NCBI GenBank assembly: GCA_964366465.1
Contig: CAYITR010000001.1
Span: 1 to 41,145, forward strand
DNA: 41,145 nucleotides
Direction of reading: 5' to 3'
Source: an uncultured Candidatus Saccharibacteria bacterium
Lineage (GTDB): Bacteria > Patescibacteriota > Minisyncoccia > Phycocordibacterales > UBA9973
Shown: piece after piece, positions 34,139-41,145 of the stretch
How positions within the stretch are numbered: the first letter of the stretch is position 1
How the letters are laid out: each line of letters opens with the position of its first letter
Notes under the pieces: generated by a model
What the model was told of the DNA's origin: nothing
What the model saw: the letters and a program-made list of their open reading frames with translations, nothing else
The model's database searches: none
Program-made: the position numbers and the translations under genes

Positions 34139-35860
34139 CTAATACACTTCCTGTTGATAACACTTTTCGCAATATACTATCTCCGGGCGATTGGGGGCAT
34201 AGCTGGTCTCAAACTCACTTGGACATCGGATGTCCAAGTGGTTGTGGTGGGTAGATTTATCACACATACACTGTCTGTGCCAGAGCCTGGGTGGGTTAAC
34301 TTTTTTAAATCTTTCTTGGTGCCTACACTCAAAACAATTCCTTGGTAAAGGAAGATTAAATTGTTTCAAAAAACTTAATTCACTCTTAATGATTTTATAT
34401 ATACGTTTGCAAGACTCACATTCAATTAACTCATCTAAAATATCAGTACTAACATCACTAATATGATTAGGCAAATCTTGTGATTGAATGGTGGCAGTAT
34501 GTTCTGGTTTTTCTCGTTCAATATAGTTAAACCCACCTTCTAAAACATCTCTCTTGTTTAGGGGAAAATAGTCCGCTGCGACCGTTTCATTGTAGCCGAA
34601 AGGAGAAATCTCTGCTGGAAAATACTCTCCATATTTATAAATTCGTCCTTTTTTGTCCACATACGGGATATTTATCATCTGCTGTTTAATTTTCTCTACC
34701 AATTCTATATACTCTCCCTTGGAATATTGTTTATTAAAAACACAATAACTTTTATTACGAAGCCCTACACATCCAAAAATATTGTTACAACCATGGCAAT
34801 TCCAAGAATATTCCGTATTTAAGCATTCCCACACAGTTAAAACAAATAACTGCCTTGATCCATTTACACCAGAATCCATAGCTTCATAAAGTAATTCTAC
34901 AATTCCAGTACCATACCCATCATAACTATCTTTTACTTTAAACGAATTCATTAAAAATTTATCATCTTTTATATCTTCAAAGACCCCAAAACAATACTTC
35001 GAATTATTGGCATGGCTTATATCATCACCAGAGACATTTGTCGAATTTATAATATTTGCAAATCTTCTAATGGCATCCAACTTTAATTTTTCAAATTTTT
35101 CTTTTACTTTTTTAAAGTTTTCGAAATTCCCCAAATTTAATTCTTTAAATCTTTTAATGTATTCATCTTTTGTGTATTGTACATTCCACATGCAATTTGA
35201 CTTATTTCGAAGAGATGTACAACCGAAACAATTAATACAATTTTTACAATCATAAAGAAAGTAAGAACTAGTACAAGAATCGACATTTTGTGAGAAAAAA
35301 GTTTCATAACTTTTAGTAGAAGAAATATCAGCATAGCAAAATTCACAATTAGAGGTTATGTACATATCTATAGAATCCTTACAGAAATTACATCGTGATG
35401 CATATGTTATATTTTCTCCACCCCAAGACGCAGATACTAAGTATGAATTTCTAAATTCGCCAATAAAATTTCCGTAAGAAGTATTAACGCATTTACCAAT
35501 AAAAAGATTAGGTTGGGGTACCTTTTCCATGAGAGTGCGAAATTGCCCAAAGAACGGTTTTGAAAAATCATAGTCTATGCCAAATGCAATTGGATCCCAT
35601 GAATCACCCCACCATATATCTCTTTCGTAAACAGTAAATGGAGAATCTGTTGAAAAACAACTGATTAAACTCTTTCCAGTTTTTGCACACTTATTTCGGT
35701 GTAACGTACGTTCATTACGCCAAGCCATCCTACGTTGCATACGACACTCCGGACAAAACGTCGGTGGCGGAACTTTGATCTTCTCATAAAAATTAAAATC
35801 CTCCGGTTCAATTACGAAATCTTTTTTACAGTTTTGACAATTTTTTGTTTCAGGTTTCAT
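34139..35860 (-). CDS. Cys/His-rich multi-zinc-ribbon protein, paralog 3
   Basis: 573 aa with the same architecture as paralogs 1 and 2 (CQNCKKDFVIEPEDFNFYEKIKVPPPTFCPECRMQRR ... CFGCVGLRNKSYCVFNKQYSKGEY ... CFECRHQERF ... CMCDKSTHHNHLDIRCPSEFETSYAPNRPEIVYCEKCYQQEVY). TAAAGT lies 7 nt upstream of the ATG. Confidence 0.8.
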   Translation of the reverse strand: MKPETKNCQNCKKDFVIEPEDFNFYEKIKVPPPTFCPECRMQRRMAWRNERTLHRNKCAKTGKSLISCFSTDSPFTVYERDIWWGDSWDPIAFGIDYDFSKPFFGQFRTLMEKVPQPNLFIGKCVNTSYGNFIGEFRNSYLVSASWGGENITYASRCNFCKDSIDMYITSNCEFCYADISSTKSYETFFSQNVDSCTSSYFLYDCKNCINCFGCTSLRNKSNCMWNVQYTKDEYIKRFKELNLGNFENFKKVKEKFEKLKLDAIRRFANIINSTNVSGDDISHANNSKYCFGVFEDIKDDKFLMNSFKVKDSYDGYGTGIVELLYEAMDSGVNGSRQLFVLTVWECLNTEYSWNCHGCNNIFGCVGLRNKSYCVFNKQYSKGEYIELVEKIKQQMINIPYVDKKGRIYKYGEYFPAEISPFGYNETVAADYFPLNKRDVLEGGFNYIEREKPEHTATIQSQDLPNHISDVSTDILDELIECESCKRIYKIIKSELSFLKQFNLPLPRNCFECRHQERFKKVNPPRLWHRQCMCDKSTHHNHLDIRCPSEFETSYAPNRPEIVYCEKCYQQEVY

Positions 35861-35902
35861 CGAATTTACTTTATAACTTTATACTTTCTACTTTATAACT
35901 AC

Positions 35903-37669
35903 TCAATACATCTCCTGCTGGTAACACTTTTCACAATACACTATCTCCGTACGATCGGGAGCGTAGCCAGTTTTGAATTTTTCTCCGCAGGCGGAATCAC
36001 CGTGAATATGTTTGGCGGTGTTTTTATACACACCCGTTTCATCTCCCGCTCCGGCGCACATACATGTTCGTTCATATAGATGAAGTGTCCGCCTGTCAGC
36101 AATCCGGCGCGCGTGCCTGCATTCGCTACACATCCGCGGAGCCGGCAGGTTTTCTTTTTTTAGAAAGATAAATTCATTCTCGAGTACCCGGTAAGCAAAT
36201 CCGCATTTTTCACATTCTAAAACTTCTTTAAGTATATCTTCCGATATTTCATTTATACTCTCCGGCAAATCAAGCGCTTTCATTGTTATCTTGTATTCCC
36301 CTCGCGGAATTTCAATCCAACCGTAATTGTTTTGCATCGCTTCTTCTTTAGAAAGAGGAAAATGTTGCATCGATATAGTGTTGTTATAACCAAACGGGCA
36401 CCACTCAAGCGGGAAGAATTCTCCATATTTATAGACAACGCCCCTCGAATCAACATAGGGCATTTCGCTCATCTGCTCCCTTATTTGAGGCACAAGTTTT
36501 TCATATTCTTCTTTTGTATATTGTTTATTTAAAATGCAATATTGTTTATTTTTTAACCCCACACAACCAAAGCAATTTGCAGAGCTGTAAAGATGCACAC
36601 CGTATTCATTTTCGCGACAATTCGGCCAGCAGTTTCTGGAAAATTTATTATTGTAAGAATTTTGACCGCACTCTATGGCTTCATAGCAAAGTTCGATATT
36701 TTCTCCCCAGTTGGTGGTGTCATAGTTGTCCTTATTGCTTGGTACCGCCAGATACTGGCAATATCGCATATTTTCACTCTCTCGCACGAGGTAGCTGTCT
36801 TTGACATTACGACAGTTGGACACATACGAGCCTGAAGAATTCACATTTTTTATTCCTTGAATATATTTGACGGGTTGAGTGTTCCAAAACTCTCGCGCCC
36901 TCCTGCGAGCTTCTTCAATACCCGACACTGTGTCGAGCCTCATTTTCTCAATTTCATTTTTATATTCTTCCTTCGTGTATTGTTTGTTGAATATCCGATA
37001 TGAAGCTTTGTTGACATTTACGCATCCGAAGCAATCATTGCATCCTACGCAACCTCTACAAAACCACATATTCCTGGAGTCGTGAGTTCGCTCGGTGAAA
37101 TAACATTGATAGCATTTAGTTATCCAAAAACATTCGTAACACCTCTCGGAGTTGTTTATGTGCGAATTGTCCACGCAATCTTTACTGTTATCGACAGCGT
37201 TACCATACATACAATCCTCGGAATCGTTGGAGTTACACAACAGGTAAGAATTTTTTAGTCTAGAGGCGTTGAAGGAATACGGCCTATTGATCATCCCAAT
37301 CACATTGAAGTTATACATTGGCACTTTCATTTCAAGTTTATGGAGCTGTTCCCAGAAAGACCGCGTCGAATCGTAGTCCTGTCCGTATTCCATGGCATCC
37401 CATGTATCCCCGAGCCAAGTACTCCTCTCGATTATTTTCCTGCCGCTCTCTTTGGGATAAGTGGAAAATATTTCTTTCCCGCTGAAAGCATCCTGGATTT
37501 TAAAAAGCTTGCGCTCGTTTCTGAAAGCCAGCCTCCTCTGCGCTCGACAAAGCGGACAAAACGTCGGCGCTGGCACCTTTACTTTCTCATAGAAATTAAA
37601 GTCCTCCGACTCGATAGTGAAATCTTTTTTACAGTTCTGACAAATTTTGTTTTCTGATTGGTGTGTCAT
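35903..37669 (-). CDS. Cys/His-rich multi-zinc-ribbon protein, paralog 4 (most divergent)
   Basis: 588 aa. CQNCKKDFTIESEDFNFYEKVKVPAPTFCPLCRAQRR ... CFGCVGLKNKQYCILNKQYTKEEY ... CSECRHARR ... CMC..HIHGDSACGEKFKTGYAPDRTEIVYCEKCYQQEMY. Its ATG abuts the kinase stop codon. Confidence 0.8.
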   Translation of the reverse strand: MTHQSENKICQNCKKDFTIESEDFNFYEKVKVPAPTFCPLCRAQRRLAFRNERKLFKIQDAFSGKEIFSTYPKESGRKIIERSTWLGDTWDAMEYGQDYDSTRSFWEQLHKLEMKVPMYNFNVIGMINRPYSFNASRLKNSYLLCNSNDSEDCMYGNAVDNSKDCVDNSHINNSERCYECFWITKCYQCYFTERTHDSRNMWFCRGCVGCNDCFGCVNVNKASYRIFNKQYTKEEYKNEIEKMRLDTVSGIEEARRRAREFWNTQPVKYIQGIKNVNSSGSYVSNCRNVKDSYLVRESENMRYCQYLAVPSNKDNYDTTNWGENIELCYEAIECGQNSYNNKFSRNCWPNCRENEYGVHLYSSANCFGCVGLKNKQYCILNKQYTKEEYEKLVPQIREQMSEMPYVDSRGVVYKYGEFFPLEWCPFGYNNTISMQHFPLSKEEAMQNNYGWIEIPRGEYKITMKALDLPESINEISEDILKEVLECEKCGFAYRVLENEFIFLKKENLPAPRMCSECRHARRIADRRTLHLYERTCMCAGAGDETGVYKNTAKHIHGDSACGEKFKTGYAPDRTEIVYCEKCYQQEMY

Positions 37670-38668
37670 TTAATTAAATATTTTTTGAAACTGTTGCTCG
37701 TAATTTTTAAAATTCTTTTCCATTTCTAAAAAATTATCTATTATAGAAACTGCAAATTTCTCAGGTATTTTCTTTTTACTTGAATAATCAATGCAACATA
37801 GAGTTATACCCATAAGAACATTACAAAAAATAATTGACATTTTTTGACGCTCAAGACTTGTGAGTTTTCTTATACTATTATACCCCTTGAAAACTTCTTT
37901 GGCTTTCCTCAGATCAATTTTACCCCCATTGCAGGCAAACCACATTATAGTGTCAGCTAAATCATAGGCTAAAATACCAACGTATGAATTATCGAAATCC
38001 ACAACCCCAGAAAGGTGCCCCTTCTCAAAAAGCACGTTTTCTGGTTTTAAATCTATGTGAATTGCCCCCGTGGGGAGACCGAGAGGCATTTTATAACTCA
38101 TGTATTTAGCTCTAATGTACTCTAATGCTTTTCTTATTTTAGGATTCTTGTGGGCTTTATTCTCTTTTACAATCTTTTCAATATTTTCGTAAAACTCTGT
38201 ATAAAATTTAGTGCGTTTAACTAAAGACTTAAAATTGGTAGTTTGCAAATGCAGCTTTCCCAAAAATTCACCCACTTCAAAAAGCATTTTTTTAGTAAAA
38301 ACTTTTTTTTCATTTCCAGTGATGAAAGTATAGATAAAGCTCCTGTGTCCCTTATAATTGAAAGTGCTTTCCTCACCTCGTGTTTTAATAATCTTGGGAA
38401 TAGGTAGGTTCTTCAGGTAATTTAATAGATTTATCTCGAAATCTAATTTTTTGGAATTGTGCCTAATCGAAATTTTAAAAGTAAAATACCCTTTCGTGGT
38501 TTTAATACGATATAAACAATTAGCAAGGCCTTTTTCTAAGGGTTGATAACTTAATACTTTGCCAAGTTTAAAATATTTTAAAAGATAGTTGTCTAAATCT
38601 TTTTTATTTACTTTTGGGGCTGATAGGTAGGCCATGAATTTAAGCAACAACTGTTGCTTTCGGTACAT
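37670..38668 (-). CDS. Protein-kinase-fold phosphotransferase (APH / homoserine kinase type II / CotS-like)
   Basis: Catalytic loop IHIDLKPENVLF (HxDxxxxN) and metal-binding VVDFDNS. Confidence 0.75.
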   Translation of the reverse strand: MYRKQQLLLKFMAYLSAPKVNKKDLDNYLLKYFKLGKVLSYQPLEKGLANCLYRIKTTKGYFTFKISIRHNSKKLDFEINLLNYLKNLPIPKIIKTRGEESTFNYKGHRSFIYTFITGNEKKVFTKKMLFEVGEFLGKLHLQTTNFKSLVKRTKFYTEFYENIEKIVKENKAHKNPKIRKALEYIRAKYMSYKMPLGLPTGAIHIDLKPENVLFEKGHLSGVVDFDNSYVGILAYDLADTIMWFACNGGKIDLRKAKEVFKGYNSIRKLTSLERQKMSIIFCNVLMGITLCCIDYSSKKKIPEKFAVSIIDNFLEMEKNFKNYEQQFQKIFN

Positions 38669-38702
38669 CTAGCCACGAGAAATTTTTTGCTTCTTGTTTC
38701 AT

Positions 38703-38728
38703 ATCATCATACTAGTATGCTAGTAAGC
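38703..38728. promoter_or_regulatory. TrpR-type operator candidate, site 3 (upstream of the kinase/Cys-rich operon)
   Basis: ATCATCATACTAGTATGCTAGTAAGC has the palindrome CATACTAGTATG at 38708-38719. It lies in the 63-bp gap between the ATPase-2 stop and the kinase start. Confidence 0.6.
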
Positions 38729-38731
38729 ATC

Positions 38732-40810
38732 TTATTCTAGCAACTTCTTCAGCACATCTTCGGGCACTTCCTTGATATTATTCGAAGTAAGCGGAGGCTC
38801 CCCGCCTGCATCAGCTATGCCTAAAGCATTGCGGGCAGGTGCAACTTTTTTGATTACTTCTTTCAATTTATTCATATCTTCCGGCTTGGCGGCGCGGTCT
38901 TCATGCTTGCTGGAGGCAGGAACATGGGGCACAGATTTCGGAGGCGTATTTAAGACATTCAGGGAAACAGGCGCAGGTGTAGGCGCTGTTTCAACTTTGG
39001 GTGCAGGCGCAGGAGTGATAACAGTAACTTTCAAAGCATTATCTTTGGCCAGTGTTTTATTCAGCACTTCTTTGAGCGCGGTGTTCGATTTGACTCCTCC
39101 AGTAGGTGCGAATTTTTTGGATGTATCTACCCTCTCTACTTTGTATGGATTAGAATGCACCGGGGAACGCACTGGTTGAACTTGCTTTTTTGGTTCCTGG
39201 TGGACAGGTCGCTCCTCCACAAATTCCCCACCCGAACTCGACGGAAACTCGATACCTAGATCCGCCAGCGGTTTGAAAAACTTTGAATCGTCGTATTTAA
39301 TCTGATTTTCGGAAGTTTTTTCTACTTTAACTTCGCCGGATTTTATTTTAGCAATACACTCCTTACAGTACGCTGGTCGCCCCGGCTCTGGCTTAAACGG
39401 CACGGTTTTTTCTAGCTTACAAAGAGAACAAATAATCGGAAATTTCTCAAACGAACCCGTAACACTATTCATACTGCTTGACGAAGTATCGTCTCCAAGA
39501 GTCATCCCGCTCCAGTCGTTAATTTCTTTCTCCACCACTTCTTTTGTCCGGCAATACAGCTCTCGCGAGGATTTGATAACTTGTTGTTCAATTTCTTTAT
39601 TGCCGGACTTCACCATCTGGGGCAAGGTCTTGGCCGAGAATGGCCGTGAGGTCACGCCATCAATCATCAGCTTCAAGTAAATTTTATAGTTCGGCAAATT
39701 AACGATGTCTTGCGGGGTAAATTCTGGGTCAAATTCACTTTCCAGAAATTCGGCATCGTCCGCGCCGACACGGAAAACGATCATTGTCCCCACGTTGCCG
39801 AAAATAGCATCCCGCACTGCCGAGCTTTTGTCCACCACGAGTTGAGCGGTGTATTGGTGCGCCACGGTCAAGTTCAAGCGATATTTGCGAGCCTCCGAGA
39901 GGATTCCAGCGAAGGCGTCAGTCACGAAGTTCTGGAATTCGTCCACATATAGGTAGAAGTCACGTCTGGCTTCCTCGGGAATGCGCACACGCTCCATGGC
40001 CGCGAGCTGAATTTTGGTGATGATCATCCCTCCGAGTAACGCGGAATTGTCCTCGCCAATACGCCCCTTGGACACGTTGACTAAGAAAATTTTACCCTCG
40101 TTCATCATATCGAAAACATTAATCGTGCTTTTCGACTGACCGACGACGTTGCGGATTATAGAAGTGGAGAGGAATTGTCCAACTTTGTTTTGAATCGGAG
40201 CGATAGCTTCGTTTCTGAATTTGTCCTGCCATGCCTCATATTCATGCACCCAGAAAGCCTTAATCACCGGATCTTTCAGATTGGAAATAATTTTCTGGCG
40301 GTAATCCTTGTCCACCAGCATTCGCGGGATACCGAGGAGCGTGGTGCCAGGTGTATCGAGCAAGGCTAAAATACAATTGTTCAAAATGTATTCCATTCTA
40401 GCGCTCCAAGCATTCGCCCAAATTTTCGTAAATATTCCCATTAAGCCCGAGGCCACCAAGTGCTTGTATTGCGGATCCACCAGCTCGAGCACGTTGAAGC
40501 CGATGTGGTGGTCGGCATCGGCGGGGTTGAAATAAATCACATCTTTCATTCGATGTGGTGGAATAGCTGAGAGCACGCTCTCAACATTTTCTCCGTGTGG
40601 GTCAACAAGGCAAACCCCCTCGCCGTTTTGAATGTTCTGAATAATCATATTGAACATCAGCACGGATTTACCTGTGCCGGACTTTCCGAGCACATAAACA
40701 TGCTGGCGCCTGTCTTTGCGCTTGATGCCAAAAAGGGTGTTCTTGTCCCGATAAGTGGTTATGCCAAGATAAGTAAGTTCTTTATTGAACGGCACCTGAA
40801 ATTCTTCCAT
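38732..40810 (-). CDS. Soluble VirD4/TraD (T4CP)-like P-loop ATPase, paralog 2, with C-terminal CxxC-x17-CxxC zinc ribbon and Pro/Ala-rich tail
   Basis: FGIKRKDRRQHVYVLGKSGTGKSV (Walker A), LVDPHGE, FYLYVDEFQN, LTVAHQY. CSLCKLEKTVPFKPEPGRPAYCKEC spans aa 461-485 (nt 39356-39430). Extended -10 TGtTATAAT lies 7 nt upstream of the ATG. Confidence 0.75.
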   Translation of the reverse strand: MEEFQVPFNKELTYLGITTYRDKNTLFGIKRKDRRQHVYVLGKSGTGKSVLMFNMIIQNIQNGEGVCLVDPHGENVESVLSAIPPHRMKDVIYFNPADADHHIGFNVLELVDPQYKHLVASGLMGIFTKIWANAWSARMEYILNNCILALLDTPGTTLLGIPRMLVDKDYRQKIISNLKDPVIKAFWVHEYEAWQDKFRNEAIAPIQNKVGQFLSTSIIRNVVGQSKSTINVFDMMNEGKIFLVNVSKGRIGEDNSALLGGMIITKIQLAAMERVRIPEEARRDFYLYVDEFQNFVTDAFAGILSEARKYRLNLTVAHQYTAQLVVDKSSAVRDAIFGNVGTMIVFRVGADDAEFLESEFDPEFTPQDIVNLPNYKIYLKLMIDGVTSRPFSAKTLPQMVKSGNKEIEQQVIKSSRELYCRTKEVVEKEINDWSGMTLGDDTSSSSMNSVTGSFEKFPIICSLCKLEKTVPFKPEPGRPAYCKECIAKIKSGEVKVEKTSENQIKYDDSKFFKPLADLGIEFPSSSGGEFVEERPVHQEPKKQVQPVRSPVHSNPYKVERVDTSKKFAPTGGVKSNTALKEVLNKTLAKDNALKVTVITPAPAPKVETAPTPAPVSLNVLNTPPKSVPHVPASSKHEDRAAKPEDMNKLKEVIKKVAPARNALGIADAGGEPPLTSNNIKEVPEDVLKKLLE

Positions 40811-40881
40811 ATAAGAAATTATAACAGAAATAATAGTTATTAAAAAGAGAAATGGCTATATACACACGTCACCAGCACCCC

Positions 40882-40910
40882 TTGACTTTTAGCACCGAGT
40901 ATGCTATACT
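40882..40910 (+). promoter_or_regulatory. Near-consensus promoter TTGACT-17-TGcTATACT
   Basis: cccTTGACTtttagcaccgagtatgcTATACTatattt has an exact 17-nt spacer. The spacer contains AGTATGCTA, half of the CTAG-operator 20-mer. Confidence 0.7.
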
Positions 40911-40916
40911 ATATTT

Positions 40917-41145
40917 AGATTAGGGGGCCGGAACTGTGGAAGACCCCTCGGTCCGGGCGAAAAACGATATCTCGCGTTAATCGCCACCGACACGGCCACC
41001 ACGACCCGGGCCACCCTTGAACCAGCCCACCCCAACGAGGGTCGGGCACAGAAAGGAGGAAGTTCTTGAGAAATAAAGATCCGCCCTAACTGAGCGGAAC
41101 ATCCTACGAACGGCCTGGGTACGCGACGCGACCCCGGGCCGTTTT
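40917..41145 (+). ncRNA. GC-rich structured RNA or leader (unclassified) ending in an intrinsic terminator at the window edge
   Basis: Nested helices GACCCcUCG/CGAGGGUC, GGUCCGGG/CCCGGGCC and GGCGA/UCGCC. SD-like AGAAAGGAGGA plus a 7-codon TTG mini-ORF (41066-41089, MRNKDPP). Terminator CGGCCUGGG..CCCGGGCCG plus UUUU (41111-41145). Confidence 0.45.

Noticed and set aside
31803-40810. Conjugative element / type IV secretion island
   Set aside because: The VirD4/TraD-like ATPases lack membrane anchors. The window holds no relaxase, VirB4/VirB11, pilins, integrase or flanking att or tRNA sites, and housekeeping dnaJ/speB continue the same operon-like string.
40917-41145. tmRNA, RNase P RNA or ZTP riboswitch identity for the GC-rich RNA
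   Set aside because: There is no GGAAAGUCCGG/ACAGAANCCGGCUUA P4 pair, no T-arm or CCA end, no Ala-rich tag frame, and only fragmentary similarity to the pfl motif. It stays unclassified pending a covariance-model search.
1-41145. CRISPR array, tRNA, rRNA, DGR or retron
   Set aside because: There are no regularly spaced direct repeats (the ACTTTA/TAAAGT motifs are irregular promoter-type elements). I noticed no cloverleaf-sized GC-rich segments. No reverse transcriptase ORF is present to support a DGR or retron reading of the GC-rich structured regions.

Overview
AT-rich bacterial window with compact genes, a minimal cell-wall set (mraY-ftsW-murG), an archaeal-type AspRS and many apparently leaderless genes. 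This is consistent with a reduced Patescibacteria/CPR-like genome, but the taxon is an inference. Housekeeping genes make up most of it: murG, ftsW, mraY, scpAB, pepN, metK, prs, aspS, trpS, dnaB, recR, rplU, cysS, dnaJ and speB. The main find is an uncharacterised family of about 575-590 aa Cys/His-rich multi-zinc-ribbon proteins. It occurs as two tandem pairs (3314-6876 and 34139-37669). The second pair lies in a co-directional block with two soluble VirD4/TraD-like P-loop ATPases, a kinase-fold protein and two small ORFs. One ATPase carries the same CxxC-x17-CxxC terminal ribbon as the Cys-rich proteins. Two TrpR-family regulators each have a palindromic motif at their own promoter that recurs next to a Cys-rich locus. 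Regulatory and RNA features include a SAM-I riboswitch upstream of metK, extended -10 promoters 6-10 nt from the ATG at 13 genes, and three GC-rich transcription units with near-consensus promoters and intrinsic terminators. One of those units holds a GC3-rich 109-aa ORF and two are unclassified structured RNAs. There are also GC-rich single-gene islands (GNAT, phosphoribosyltransferase). Mobile or degenerative features are a RayT-like HUH transposase flanked by identical REP-like hairpins, a MITE-like element at the recR start, two genes with single in-frame stops, and in-frame GC-rich palindromic insertions in dac and rplU. I saw no CRISPR array, rRNA or tRNA.
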